Of a stretch of 64,000 nucleotides of DNA, positions 39,794 through 50,073 are shown in pieces. The DNA is from Alphaproteobacteria bacterium. Lineage in GTDB: Bacteria > Pseudomonadota > Alphaproteobacteria > UBA8366 > Aestuariispiraceae. The translations under genes were made by a program, and so were the position numbers. The stretch lies in assembly GCA_040222995.1 (NCBI GenBank), contig JAVKBW010000008.1:12729-76728 (forward strand). Direction: 5' to 3'. A model generated the notes under the pieces. That model ran no database searches. It saw nothing but the letters and a program-made list of their open reading frames with translations, and was not told the origin of the DNA. Each line of letters opens with the position of its first letter. Positions within the stretch are counted from its first letter, which is position 1.

Positions 39794-41158
39794 TTAAAGA
39801 TACCAGTCGAATTCGCGGCGCAACGGCGCATCCAGCAATGCGTTGAATTCCGCCTGTTTGATGTCCCTGTACAGGGTCAGATAATCCTGCCCGAGATACG
39901 ACCCGAGGACCGGAGCGTCGGCAAGCCTGTCCAGTGCATCCCATATCTTGAACGGAATATCACGCGCCATCTTGTATCCGGCATTGCCGGGATGCGGGTC
40001 GGATGACACCGCCAACCGGTTCTTCAGCCCGTGATGCAGGCCGGCCAGCACGCAGGCCAGCACCAGATGCGGGTTGGCGTCGGCCCCTGCGACCCGGTGT
40101 TCGATGCGCTTCGCCGCGCCGCGCGCCGCCGGTATGCGGAACGCGACAGACCGGTTGTCGTATCCCCAGTCTGTCGTGACCGGCACGCAGTAATTCGCCT
40201 CGAACCGCCGGAACCCGTTGATGCCCGGCGAGAAGAACGCCATCGCCTCTGCCATCGTCGCCTGCATGCCGGCGATTGCCTGCCGGATTACCGTTTCATC
40301 GGGGTCGTTGGCGTCATCGAAGATATTGCCGCCGGCCTCATTCAACACGCTGACATGAGCATGCAGGCCGCTGCCGGTCATATCGATATAGGGTTTCGGC
40401 AGAAACGTCGCATCGAAACCGTGCTGCCGCGCCACCGCCCGGACGCACCGGCGCAACAGGCAGGCGTGATCGGCGGCGGTCACCGGATCGTCGACGTGAT
40501 GCAGGTTCAGCTCAAACTGGCCAGGCGCGAATTCGCTGGATACGACACTGGTCGGAATATTCTGCGCGGCGCAGGCGCGGTCGATGGCGCGCAGCACGGC
40601 TGAGAAATCCTCCAGCTTTTCCATGCCGTAGACCTTGCGGACGGTGCTGGGCCGGCCGGTTGTCGGCGATTTCGGCGGCTGCGGCGCGCCGGCATCGTCG
40701 CGTAACGGGTCGATCAGAAAGAATTCCAGTTCCACCGCCGTTACCGGCTGCCAGCCGTCGGCGTGAAGACAATCGACGACCTTTCGCAGCACAACCCGCG
40801 GATCGTACCAGATCGGCGCGCCGTCGACCCGGCGCAGGTCGATCAGGCATTGCGCCGTCGGCTCGTCCGCCCAGGGAACCGGCGCCAGACTGCCCGGCAC
40901 CATCTTCCCCAGCCCGTCCGGATCGCCATCGCTGAACCCGATACCCTGCGGGTCGCAGCAATCGCCGGTCACATCCAGCGTGAAAACCGCTTCCGGAAAG
41001 GCGAAGCCGCCGCTGCAGAGCTTGCCGATCTCGGCCACCGGATAGCGCTTTCCGAGCGCCGTACCGGCGAGGTCGAGCACGAAAGCGTCGACCGATTCCG
41101 TTTTCGGGAAGGTCGCCAGAAAGTCCTGAACATCTTTTGGTAAATCAGTCTTTGGCAT
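39794..41158 (-). CDS. Glutamine synthetase-family ligase, paralogue 2
   Basis: It has the same motif set (VELEFFLIDP, SEFAPGQFELNL, GSGLHAHVS, NRSVAFRIP) and is collinear with the downstream paralogue. Confidence 0.88.
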   Translation of the reverse strand: MPKTDLPKDVQDFLATFPKTESVDAFVLDLAGTALGKRYPVAEIGKLCSGGFAFPEAVFTLDVTGDCCDPQGIGFSDGDPDGLGKMVPGSLAPVPWADEPTAQCLIDLRRVDGAPIWYDPRVVLRKVVDCLHADGWQPVTAVELEFFLIDPLRDDAGAPQPPKSPTTGRPSTVRKVYGMEKLEDFSAVLRAIDRACAAQNIPTSVVSSEFAPGQFELNLHHVDDPVTAADHACLLRRCVRAVARQHGFDATFLPKPYIDMTGSGLHAHVSVLNEAGGNIFDDANDPDETVIRQAIAGMQATMAEAMAFFSPGINGFRRFEANYCVPVTTDWGYDNRSVAFRIPAARGAAKRIEHRVAGADANPHLVLACVLAGLHHGLKNRLAVSSDPHPGNAGYKMARDIPFKIWDALDRLADAPVLGSYLGQDYLTLYRDIKQAEFNALLDAPLRREFDWYL

Positions 41159-41167
41159 CGGGACACT

Positions 41168-42571
41168 CTAGAGCAGGATCATCGCGGCCAGACCGAGGAA
41201 GGCAAAAAACCCGACCACATCGGTAACCGTCGTCAGCACCACGGTCGAGGCGATGGCGGGGTCGATGCCGATGCGGTCGAGGGCGATGGGCACCAAGGTT
41301 CCGGTCAGCCCGGCGACCAGCAGATTGATGATCATGGCGCTGGCGATCACCAGCCCGATCATCGGATCGGCGAACCAGGCCCAGGCGAGCCCGCCGATCA
41401 ACAGGGCGAACAGGATGCCGTTGACGCCGCCGACCAGCACTTCCTTGTAGATGATCCGCATGGCGTTGCCGGCGGTCAGTTCGTTCGTCGCCAGCGCACG
41501 CACGGCGACGGTCAGCGTCTGGGTGCCAGCATTACCACCCATCGAGGCGACAATCGGCATCAGGATCGCCAGCGCGACGATCCTTTCGAGGGTGGATTCG
41601 AACATGGCGATGACCGCGCTGGCCAGAATGGCGGTCAGCAGGTTCACCAGCAGCCAGGAAAATCGCAGACGGGTAGTTTTTCTGACGTCGGAATAAAAGT
41701 CATCGGCCTGCACCCCGCCGAGTTTCAGGATGTCTTCCTCGTGTTCCTCGTCCAGAACATTGACGATATCATCGACCGTGATCACGCCGACCATCCGGCC
41801 GTCCTCGTCGACGACGGGGGCTTCAACCAGCCCGTATTGCCGGAACAGAAAGGCGACGTCCTCCTGGTCCATGGTGACGGGAATCAGCTTGGGGTCAGCC
41901 TCCATGACATCGGAGACCGGGGTCGGCCGGCGGGTGCGCAACAGCTTCGACAATTGCAGCAACCCGACCGGCGCCAGGCTCGGCCCGACCGCGACGATAT
42001 TGTAGAAATCGTCCGGCAGGTCGCTTTCCTCGCTGCGCATGTAGTCGATCGTGTCGCCGACGGTCCAGTGCAGCGGCACGGTCACCACTTCGTGCCGCAT
42101 CAGCCGGCCGGCGGAATCGTCGGGATAGGTCAGGCTCTGTTCGTAAAGCGCCCGTTCCTCTTCCGGGATGGTCCGCAAAACCTCGCGCTGTTCGTGCTCG
42201 TCCAGATCCTCGATGAAGTCGATGGCGTCATCGCTGTCCAGATCGCTGACGATGGTGGCGATCTGTTCGGCGTTGAGGATATCGACCACATCCTCGCGAA
42301 CCGCATAGTCGAGATACGAGATGACTTCCGAATCGAGATTGTCGCCGATCACCGCGATCAGCGATTCCCGCTGGCCGCTGGTAAGCTGCTCCAGAAGGTC
42401 GGCGATGTCGGCGGCATGCAACGGTTCGAGAAGGGCATGAACCGTTTCGTTCTCGCCCTTCTCCAGCGCGTCTTCTATCGCCACGACGACATCCTTGGAC
42501 AGGCCGTAAAGCTCGTCGAGAGCGTCGCCGTCGGCCTTTTTATCCTCTGTCAGTTCTTCGACGTTCGCCAA
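41168..42571 (-). CDS. mgtE: Magnesium transporter MgtE
   Basis: MgtE N-domain, a tandem CBS pair, and a C-terminal TM domain with GNAGTQ and the DVVGFF motif. Confidence 0.92.
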   Translation of the reverse strand: MANVEELTEDKKADGDALDELYGLSKDVVVAIEDALEKGENETVHALLEPLHAADIADLLEQLTSGQRESLIAVIGDNLDSEVISYLDYAVREDVVDILNAEQIATIVSDLDSDDAIDFIEDLDEHEQREVLRTIPEEERALYEQSLTYPDDSAGRLMRHEVVTVPLHWTVGDTIDYMRSEESDLPDDFYNIVAVGPSLAPVGLLQLSKLLRTRRPTPVSDVMEADPKLIPVTMDQEDVAFLFRQYGLVEAPVVDEDGRMVGVITVDDIVNVLDEEHEEDILKLGGVQADDFYSDVRKTTRLRFSWLLVNLLTAILASAVIAMFESTLERIVALAILMPIVASMGGNAGTQTLTVAVRALATNELTAGNAMRIIYKEVLVGGVNGILFALLIGGLAWAWFADPMIGLVIASAMIINLLVAGLTGTLVPIALDRIGIDPAIASTVVLTTVTDVVGFFAFLGLAAMILL

Positions 42572-42638
42572 TACCTGTGACCCTTTCCCGTTGAGTCGGA
42601 ACCGGCCCGCTCAGACGAAAGCCGAAGTTGAGACAGAC

Positions 42639-44936
42639 CTATTCCGCAGCGGCGGCAGCCTTCGCCGTGGCATGCATCTGGGCATCGACGACGGCAACCG
42701 CCGACATGTTGACGATGCCGCGCACCGTGACCGACGTGGTCATGATATGCGCCGGCAGTTCCGCGCCGATCAGCATCGGACCGACCGACAGGCCGTTCGC
42801 CAGAGTCTTCAGCAGATTGTAGGCGATGTTGGCCGCATCGAGGTTCGGCATGATCAGCAGATTGGCCGGTCCCTTGATCTTGCAGTCGGCGACAAGGCTT
42901 TCCCGCAGCAACGGCGTCAGCGCCGCATCCGCATGCATTTCGCCATCCACCTTCAGTTCCGGGTGGTCACGGTGCAGAATGGCGACGGCATCACGCACCC
43001 GTTTTGCCGACGGCCGGTCGGAAGACCCGAAATTCGAATGCGAAATAAACGCGATTTCGGTTTCGATGCCGAACCGCTTCGCCTCGTCGCTGGCCAGAAC
43101 CGCCATTTCCGCAAGCTGTTCCGATGTCGGTTCGTTGGTGACATGGGTATCGGCCAGGAAATACACCCCGGTATCCAGAATCATCATCGACATTGCCGAG
43201 AGGTCACGGATGCCGGGCCGCATGCCGACAATCGACTTCACGTACTTGCAGTGGTTCTGGAACCCGCCGGTCGCGCCGCAGAGCATGGCGTCCGCCTCGC
43301 CGCGCTTCAGCATCAGCGCGCCGATGGCCGTCGGCCGGGTGCGGATGATCTCGCCGGCATGCGCCTTGCTGATGCCGCCGCGGCTGTTCATCTGGTGATA
43401 GGCATCGCGGTACTGCGAATAGCGGTCGTCGTTTTCCGGGTCGCAGAGTTCGAAATCCTTGTCCATCTTCAGACGCAAACCCAGCTTTTCGATCCGCATC
43501 TCGACCACCGCGCGGCGGCCGATCAGGATCGGCTTGGCCAGCCCGTCATCGACGACGAACTGAACCGCGCGCAGCACGCGTTCGTCTTCGCCTTCACAGT
43601 AGACAACCCGTTTCGGATCTTCCTGCGCCTTGTCGAACATCGGCTTCATCACCGTGCCGGACTTGTAGACGAAGCGGTTGAGTTCGCGGATATAGGCGTC
43701 GAAATCCTCGATCGGCCGGGACGCCACGCCGCTGTCCATGGCGGCCCTGGCCACCGCCGGCGCGATTTCCGTGATCAGGCGCGGGTCGAAGGGTTTCGGG
43801 ATCAGGTTGTTTTCGTTGAACCCCTGCGCCGCCAGATCGCCGTAGGCGCGGGCGACGATTTCCGACACTTCCTTTTTCGCCAGATTGGCGATGGCCTTGA
43901 CGCAGGCGATCTTCATTTCCTCGTTGATCGTCGACGCGCCGACATCCAGCGCGCCGCGGAAGATGAACGGGAAACACAGAACGTTGTTCACCTGGTTCGG
44001 AAAATCCGACCGGCCGGTGCAGACGATGGCGTCCGGGCGCACTTCATGCGCTTCGGTCGGCAGAATTTCAGGCGTCGGGTTGGCGAGCGCCAGAATGACC
44101 GGCTTGTCGGCCATTTTCTTCACCATGTCCTGCTTCAGCGCGCCGGGACCGGACAGGCCGAGGAAGACATCCGCGCCGGCGATCGCATCGTCCAGCGTGC
44201 GCTCGTCACAGGTCTGCATGTAGACCGACTTGTACTCGTCGATATTGTCTTCGCGCTTGTCCTGCACGACGCCCTTGCGGTCGCAGATATAAATGTTCTT
44301 TTTCTGCGCGCCCATCGACACCATCATGGCGACACAGGCGAGCGCCGCGGCGCCGGCGCCGGAAACCACGATCTTGATTTCGTCGAAGGTCTTCCCCTTC
44401 AGTTCCAGCGCGTTGTAGACCGCCGCGGCGGCGATGATCGCCGTGCCGTGCTGATCGTCGTGGAACACCGGAATGTTCATTTCCTCGCGCAGGCGGCGTT
44501 CGATCTCGAAACAGGCCGGCGCGCCGATGTCTTCCAGGTTGATGCCGCCGAAGGTCGGCTCCAGCCGCTTAACACATTCAACAAACGCGTCGACATCGGT
44601 TTCCGCGACCTCGATATCGAAGACGTCGACATTGGCGAATTTCTTGAACAGAACCGCCTTGCCTTCCATCACCGGCTTTGAGGCCAGGGCCCCGATATTG
44701 CCGAGACCCAGAACCGCCGTACCATTGGTGACGACGCCGACCAGATTGGCGCGCGCTGTATAGAGGGCGGCCTTTGACGGGTCCTTTTCGATTTCGAGAC
44801 AGGGAGCGGCGACGCCCGGCGAATAGGCCAGCGACAGGTCGCGCTGGTTGGCCATCGGCTTGGTCGCCTGGATGGTCAGCTTACCCGGCGGGTACATCTG
44901 GTGATAATAAAGAGCTTCCTTGTCGAGATCGTCCAT
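42639..44936 (-). CDS. maeB: NADP-dependent malic enzyme (malic enzyme plus PTA-like domain)
   Basis: [23 protein letters not shown] and [11 protein letters not shown] form the malic enzyme core. A roughly 330-aa phosphate-acetyltransferase-like C-terminal domain follows. ATG at 44936. Confidence 0.92.
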   Translation of the reverse strand: MDDLDKEALYYHQMYPPGKLTIQATKPMANQRDLSLAYSPGVAAPCLEIEKDPSKAALYTARANLVGVVTNGTAVLGLGNIGALASKPVMEGKAVLFKKFANVDVFDIEVAETDVDAFVECVKRLEPTFGGINLEDIGAPACFEIERRLREEMNIPVFHDDQHGTAIIAAAAVYNALELKGKTFDEIKIVVSGAGAAALACVAMMVSMGAQKKNIYICDRKGVVQDKREDNIDEYKSVYMQTCDERTLDDAIAGADVFLGLSGPGALKQDMVKKMADKPVILALANPTPEILPTEAHEVRPDAIVCTGRSDFPNQVNNVLCFPFIFRGALDVGASTINEEMKIACVKAIANLAKKEVSEIVARAYGDLAAQGFNENNLIPKPFDPRLITEIAPAVARAAMDSGVASRPIEDFDAYIRELNRFVYKSGTVMKPMFDKAQEDPKRVVYCEGEDERVLRAVQFVVDDGLAKPILIGRRAVVEMRIEKLGLRLKMDKDFELCDPENDDRYSQYRDAYHQMNSRGGISKAHAGEIIRTRPTAIGALMLKRGEADAMLCGATGGFQNHCKYVKSIVGMRPGIRDLSAMSMMILDTGVYFLADTHVTNEPTSEQLAEMAVLASDEAKRFGIETEIAFISHSNFGSSDRPSAKRVRDAVAILHRDHPELKVDGEMHADAALTPLLRESLVADCKIKGPANLLIMPNLDAANIAYNLLKTLANGLSVGPMLIGAELPAHIMTTSVTVRGIVNMSAVAVVDAQMHATAKAAAAAE

Positions 44937-45144
44937 CTGTCTTTCCCCCTGTAGCATCCCCAAAGGCCCGGTTACGCCGCCAAATTATCCGGCGGTTCCG
45001 GACCCAGAACCCTTTGTGACCGCATCATGCGATGAATTCGCGGGAACTTAAAGAAAAACACGGTGACCGTTTACCGACCCGCCGCCATTCCGCTTTGAGG
45101 CTGCCGTGCCGCGCGGTTCAGACAACCAGCCGCGTTCCGTTCCG

Positions 45145-46110
45145 TCAGGCGATCAGCCAGATATTGTATCCGATATACGTGAAAAGCAGAATCGCGCCCT
45201 TCGGCCGGGTGACCTGCCCCTGCCCCCGGAAACTGAAGCAGAAAACGAACAGCAGGACCGTCGCCAGCCCGACAACGATAATGTCCCGCGACAGAATTTC
45301 GGGCGGAACGATCATCGGTTCGATGATACCGGCAATCCCCACGACCACCAGCGTGTTGAACAGGTTGGAGCCGAGAATGTTGCCGAGCGCCAGATCCGGC
45401 TGCTTTTTCAGCGCCGCCGAAAGCGACGACGCCAGTTCCGGCAGGGACGTGCCGACAGCGACAATCGTCAGGCCGATCAGGAGGTCGGATACGCCGAGCG
45501 CGCCCGCAACCTCGACAGCCCCCCAGACCAGCAGCCGGGAGCTGACGATCAGAACGACCAGACCGGCAATCGCCCGGAAAAGTGGCTTGCCCGCGCTATC
45601 GGCCGGTGGGGAATAGTGCGCTTCCACCTCCTGGCCGAAGGAATCCTCGCGATTGCGAAATCCTTCCCGTACGCTCCAGCCGATCAGCGCAAGGAAGACG
45701 GCGAAAAGCACGACCGCGTCGATCCGCGACAGCGCGCCGTCGAACAGCAGCGCGACCGTCAGCCCCGTGACGCCAAGCAGGATCGGGATTTCCCGCCTGA
45801 TGGCGTCGGAATGAACGGCGATCGGGGCGATCACCGCCGTGACGCCGATGATCAGGGCGATGTTGGCGATGTTCGACCCGTAGGCGTTGCCCAACGCCAA
45901 GCCGGAATTGCCCTCATAGGCGGCGAAGGCGGAGACCATCATTTCCGGAAACGAGGTGCCGAACCCGATGATCACGATTCCGATCAGCAACGGCGGAACG
46001 GAATACTTGCGGGCCAGTTCGGCCGACCCATCGACAAATTTGTTGGCGCTCCAGATCAGCAGCGCGAGGCCGGAAACAATAGCGATTGAAGGAAGGACCA
46101 TGGAAACCAT
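45145..46110 (-). CDS. CaCA-family cation/calcium antiporter (YrbG-like)
   Basis: Two alpha-repeat motifs are present (GTSFPEMMVS... and GTSLPELASS..., each followed by GNxxGSN). Confidence 0.85.
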   Translation of the reverse strand: MVSMVLPSIAIVSGLALLIWSANKFVDGSAELARKYSVPPLLIGIVIIGFGTSFPEMMVSAFAAYEGNSGLALGNAYGSNIANIALIIGVTAVIAPIAVHSDAIRREIPILLGVTGLTVALLFDGALSRIDAVVLFAVFLALIGWSVREGFRNREDSFGQEVEAHYSPPADSAGKPLFRAIAGLVVLIVSSRLLVWGAVEVAGALGVSDLLIGLTIVAVGTSLPELASSLSAALKKQPDLALGNILGSNLFNTLVVVGIAGIIEPMIVPPEILSRDIIVVGLATVLLFVFCFSFRGQGQVTRPKGAILLFTYIGYNIWLIA

Positions 46111-46258
46111 TTCAATAGAGGAGCCGCGTCAAACTACAGGGCGCCCTGAATGACGCGCAACGATGCAGGACGGTGCTTTTACCGAACGCCGAAACATATG
46201 GTGCCGCTACCCGGCCCTTCCCATACCTGTTTGAATTATTTTGGGGGCGCCGGGCAAC

Positions 46259-47059
46259 TCAGGTAAATGACTGATCCCGAACCCCGCCAACGATCAGCCA
46301 CAGACCCCAGGCGACCAGCAGGCCACCGCCGGCCCTGGAAATCAGCTCGCCTCGCGGCGCGAGTTTTTCCAGCGCAACAATCATCGACAGGACGGCAATT
46401 GTAGTCAGGCTCATGACCCCGCCAACGAACAGCACCATCATCAGGGCCCAACAGCAGCCGACACAATAGCCGCCATGTCCAAGCCCCATCCGGAATGCAC
46501 CGAGCCGCCCGGCGCGCCAGTCCGTCAGCAGAAACCCGATCGGCGTTCGGCATTTGTGAAGACATGCGGCCTTGAGCGGGGTCAGTTGAAAGAGACCCGC
46601 AGCAACAAGGATGCCGCCGCCCAGTAATGATCCCTGAACCTGCACCATGTGCGACAGGACTTCCGCGCGCTGGAAGCTCCATTGCAGGGCCGTCGCCGCT
46701 ATGCTGAACAAAGCCCAGACGAGAAGGTACGCCGCAAGGAACCAATGGCTTGCGCTCCGGTTCCCGGGGTCTCGTTTGGCCGCGATCCGCCGGTGAACCA
46801 CCATCATCGGAACGGCTGACGGCAACATCATTGCGCCCATCATTACCGACCACATCAGCCAGACGGCAGTGATTTCCCCGACCGTCCAACGCGAATTCAT
46901 CGGCATCATCAGGCGCACGAAGGGCGAAGACATGTTGGCCGCGGACCACAGGACAAGACACCAGCCGGCTATGGACAGGACGGCAAGCACGGCCACGCCA
47001 CGGCGCATCTCGGCGCGCCCCGGACGGTTGGATATGACCTCTGATTGTCGCCGGCTCAA
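46259..47059 (-). CDS. DUF2182 membrane protein (predicted metal-binding)
   Basis: Polytopic membrane protein with a CLHKCRTP motif. It overlaps the stop of the upstream DUF1326 gene by 4 nt, and this pairing is typical. Confidence 0.7.
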   Translation of the reverse strand: MSRRQSEVISNRPGRAEMRRGVAVLAVLSIAGWCLVLWSAANMSSPFVRLMMPMNSRWTVGEITAVWLMWSVMMGAMMLPSAVPMMVVHRRIAAKRDPGNRSASHWFLAAYLLVWALFSIAATALQWSFQRAEVLSHMVQVQGSLLGGGILVAAGLFQLTPLKAACLHKCRTPIGFLLTDWRAGRLGAFRMGLGHGGYCVGCCWALMMVLFVGGVMSLTTIAVLSMIVALEKLAPRGELISRAGGGLLVAWGLWLIVGGVRDQSFT

Positions 47060-47658
47060 TTCCAGTAAGCGAAGTCGGTGGCGAAGCCGCAGCGCTCGGA
47101 ATAGCTGAAGGACAGCGGTGCGTCCTGGACAGTCAGACTGGAGACGGATTCCTGACCCGGGTGATTATGCCCCGGAATACCGCAGGACACCCGACCGTCG
47201 AAATCGAAATTCCGCACGACCTGCGCCGAGGCAGAGGTACCGACGGTAATGGTTTCGACGCCGGCCATATGGCCAAGCCGGATTTCTGCGCGCTTGATGC
47301 CCAGTATTGTTGAGAAATATGCCGTGACCTCGAGATTTCCGGCTGCCTTGCCGCTGAAAATCCGGCTCAGTGTGTCGAACTGAGAGTCTGATGCGGATTC
47401 GTCAATGTAGATGAAGACAGACCAGATATCGTCGCCGACATCATCGTTATAGGTTCCCGCAATAGCCACGTTCAGGTCCGATAGATCAACGCTGCCCATA
47501 TGTCCCTTTGCGATGCGCCACGAAAGCAGGAAATCGCAATCGCCGTAGGTCGAGCGACCACCGGCAACATCGCCCTGCCGACGGCACGGACAAACGGCAT
47601 CGCAATTGCACGCCTCGTAGTAACTTCCTGCGATATGGTATGTCGGCTGTTCGCGCAT
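47056..47658 (-). CDS. DUF1326 protein
   Basis: YEACNCDAVCPCRRQ is the hallmark DUF1326 Cys cluster. The ATG at 47658 has a GGGGA SD. Confidence 0.75.
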   Translation of the reverse strand: MREQPTYHIAGSYYEACNCDAVCPCRRQGDVAGGRSTYGDCDFLLSWRIAKGHMGSVDLSDLNVAIAGTYNDDVGDDIWSVFIYIDESASDSQFDTLSRIFSGKAAGNLEVTAYFSTILGIKRAEIRLGHMAGVETITVGTSASAQVVRNFDFDGRVSCGIPGHNHPGQESVSSLTVQDAPLSFSYSERCGFATDFAYWN

Positions 47659-47670
47659 GTCCGTTCCCCA

Positions 47671-47699
47671 ATTCAAAAGCTGATCATCGCCTTTTGAAT
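47671..47699. promoter_or_regulatory. Perfect 9-bp inverted repeat (ATTCAAAAG-N11-CTTTTGAAT) just upstream of the DUF1326 RBS
   Basis: The arms at 47671-47679 and 47691-47699 are exact reverse complements. The repeat is AT-rich in a GC-rich context and lies 13 nt from the start codon. Confidence 0.35.
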
Positions 47700-48085
47700 G
47701 CGGGCGAAGAACGCACCCACGGCCAAACGGTAGAGTGATGTTGGGGTAAGGGCCTCACGCTGGCAAGGTAAGTTTCGTGCCCCACGGATACCCGGCCGCC
47801 GAGGATGCCCTCCTTGCGCGAGACGGCGACACACAGCGAACCACAATCGCTATCGCCCCCGCCTACTGTACCGCGAGTGCGGTTTTGCCGCGCCGGGTGC
47901 GGGCCGTCGCCGCCGGAAACCCGCCAAGCCACTGAAATCCCGCCATAAAAAATCCTTCAAAAACTGCACCATACGACACCTATCGGATGAGCGGGCCATC
48001 GCCTAGTTTGCCGGCCTTGCAGGACACACCGCGGACTGGACCCGGTGTGGCCGAACAACACTTAATGACATGGAAAGAAGACCCG

Positions 48086-48679
48086 ATGGCCCTGCACAAC
48101 CCTATTACCACCCGCCCCGCCGGCAAGGCGGATGCCCGCGCCCTTGCGCAACTGATCGACATCGCCGGCGAAGGCGTTCCCGCCTGGCTGTGGAGCAGGT
48201 CCTGCGGCGACGGCCAGTCCCCGCTCGATATCGGCGAGGAACGCGCGCAACGCGACGCCGGCGGGTTCTCCTACATCAACGCCGAAGTGGCCGTGACCGG
48301 CAACGAGGTCGTCGGCATGGTGCTGAGCTATCCGATCGACACGGCCCCTGAAGACGATCCGAACGACCTGCCCGCCCCGCTCGCGCCGTTCATCGAACTG
48401 GAGGCGAAATCCGTCGGCACTTGCTACGTCAACGCGCTTGCCGTGCGGCCGGGCCATCGCGGCCGGGGCATCGGCGCACGGCTGCTTGCCTGCGCCGAAC
48501 ATTCCGCGCGCGACAAGGGATATGCGAAAGTCAGCATTCAGGTGTTCGAACAGAATGTCGATGCGCTGAAGCAGTGCCGACGGCTGGGCTATCGCGATAT
48601 CGCGCAAAGCCCGGTGCGGGAGCATCCCTGCCAGCCGTACTACACCGGCAACGTCATTCTGCTGGAAAAGGATCTGTAG
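48086..48679 (+). CDS. GNAT-family N-acetyltransferase
   Basis: NALAVRPGHRGRGIGARLL is the acetyl-CoA-binding motif A (Q/RxxGxG/A). The start is uncertain (48065 or 48086). Confidence 0.75.
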   Translation: MALHNPITTRPAGKADARALAQLIDIAGEGVPAWLWSRSCGDGQSPLDIGEERAQRDAGGFSYINAEVAVTGNEVVGMVLSYPIDTAPEDDPNDLPAPLAPFIELEAKSVGTCYVNALAVRPGHRGRGIGARLLACAEHSARDKGYAKVSIQVFEQNVDALKQCRRLGYRDIAQSPVREHPCQPYYTGNVILLEKDL

Positions 48680-48798
48680 GTCACAGACCCGGGGATCGCC
48701 GGTGGCCCAAGAAGGTTCGTGCGCTGGATTTCGGTTCTGACCCGCCCTATATTACAGGGAGGTGGCATATTGCTACCGATAAGGCGAAGGACTTTTGT

Positions 48799-49095
48799 AT
48801 GGCGAAGTCAATCAAGATTCCTGACGAAGCGATGGAAATCGTGAAACAGGAAGCCCGACTCCAAAGCCGTTCGCTGGCCGGACAGATGGTCCACTGGATG
48901 AATATCGGCCGGGCAATCGAACAATCCGGCACGTTCAACTACCAGCACATCCGCGATGCCCTTGCCGGAACGCGGTCGCCGGATGCATTGACCGCAGAGG
49001 AACAGGACGTCTTTCTGGCCGAGTTCGGCGACAAATCTGCGCATCCATCAGAAAAAGAACAGGCTTTCTTCGAAAATCGGCGCAAACAGGGCTAA
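48799..49095 (+). CDS. ParD-like (PF11903-type) antitoxin-like protein, no adjacent toxin
   Basis: MAKSIKIPDEAMEIVKQEARLQSRSLAGQMVHWMNIGRAIEQSG resembles the ParD_like family. No partner ORF of 60 aa or more follows it. Confidence 0.55.
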   Translation: MAKSIKIPDEAMEIVKQEARLQSRSLAGQMVHWMNIGRAIEQSGTFNYQHIRDALAGTRSPDALTAEEQDVFLAEFGDKSAHPSEKEQAFFENRRKQG

Positions 49096-49254
49096 GGAAT
49101 CAGGCTGGCCGATGGCTAATCCAGCCGCCCGCGCGCATTCTTTCCTTCAGGAACGGGCAACCGGTTCACATCGCGACCCGCATCCCGGCTTGGATCGGCG
49201 ATCTGTATGGCGACCTGGTCCATCGCCGATAGTTTCTATTTGTCTTTGAAAAGT

Positions 49255-49272
49255 TGGTGCGGTCGAGAAGAC
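49255..49272 (-). other. tRNA 3'-end-like fragment, candidate att site (distal junction of the integrated element)
   Basis: TGG-T-GCGGTCG-AGAAG-AC reads on the minus strand as ...CTTCT-CGACCGC-A-CCA. That is a T-stem 3' strand (C61 correct), a 7-nt acceptor strand, a discriminator and CCA. Sequence beyond it does not continue as a T-loop, so this is not a whole tRNA. Confidence 0.4.
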
Positions 49273-49477
49273 ACTACACTCTGCCCGCATCTACACCATT
49301 AAGGCTCTGAAATCGTTAGTAAATTTAACCCTTAACCTATAACACTCTTTGTCTATAACACCATTGCATATCGGTTTCAAACATCACAATTGGAAAACCA
49401 GAAATCGGCCCTGAGGTCTTCCCAGGTCCGTATTGCTTTTCATAAATCAATGCTGTGTAGAGTCAAAAGCGAGCGAC

Positions 49478-49795
49478 TTATTCGTTCATTTGGTCGAGTA
49501 CAAGAAGCTGAAGCCTGTCACGATAAACCGCATCAAACTGCCGCGTCCGTGCCCGATGGTGCAGCCACACTATACCCGCCCCTATCAGAAACACGATCAA
49601 GGCAAATAACTCTTGTCCGCCAACACCTACGACTACTATCGCCATCAAAGCAGGAATCCCGAATCGCATGAGTAATTGTCCGTCAGCGTTGGGATCGCGC
49701 ATTTTTAAAGTCGCTTCTGCTTGCTCTTTGGCCAGCATCTGTAGTTTCAAATCCGCTCGGAGAAGATCGTAATCGGTGACATGCTCTATTTCCAT
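49478..49795 (-). CDS. Hypothetical small membrane protein
   Basis: 105 aa from the ATG at 49795. It has two hydrophobic segments (GIPALMAIVVVGVGG, LFALIVFLIGAGIVWL). Confidence 0.4.
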   Translation of the reverse strand: MEIEHVTDYDLLRADLKLQMLAKEQAEATLKMRDPNADGQLLMRFGIPALMAIVVVGVGGQELFALIVFLIGAGIVWLHHRARTRQFDAVYRDRLQLLVLDQMNE

Positions 49796-49892
49796 CGAGG
49801 AACTACCTGCTTTTATCGAGTGGCGAGAATGAACCACACAAAAACACGGGGAGAAAACCCAGGGCAAGGTCTGCTGCCCTGGGTCATACCTT

Positions 49893-50072
49893 TCAGTCAA
49901 ACATTCGGTCCACAACACTTCCCAGGCTCCGCCGGTCCCGGATCAGCCTCTTCTCGATCCGACCATCCGGGCCGGTGCGATAATACACCTTCCCGGATTC
50001 ATACTCCTCATCGTCGCGGCTCCCTTCCCCGCCCATCAGTTCGCGGAACCGCTTACTGTCAAATCCAGCCAA
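49893..50072 (-). CDS. Possible 59-aa ORF translationally coupled to the terminase stop
   Basis: A TTG at 50072 lies 1 nt after the TerL stop, with an alternative ATG at 50036. The product is ...GKVYYRTGPDGRIEKRLIRDR.... It is below the 60-aa track cutoff. Confidence 0.25.
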   Translation of the reverse strand: MAGFDSKRFRELMGGEGSRDDEEYESGKVYYRTGPDGRIEKRLIRDRRSLGSVVDRMFD

Positions 50073-50073
50073 A

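Noticed and set aside
47850-47935. Cobalamin-riboswitch-like submotifs on the plus strand (GCCCCCGCCTACTGTA at 47855-47870 and AGCCACTG at 47927-47934)
   Set aside because: I could not find the B12 box (AGCCAGGAGACCTGCC-like) or the GGGAA/GGTGAAAATCC core. The downstream plus-strand gene is a GNAT, not a B12-related gene. This is probably chance similarity in GC-rich sequence. An Infernal scan would settle it.
49255-49330. A complete tRNA gene at the island junction
   Set aside because: Only the CCA, discriminator, acceptor strand and T-stem strand are tRNA-like. The next bases (ACACTAC...) do not form a TPsiC loop, and no D or anticodon arms can be built. I treat it as an att fragment instead.
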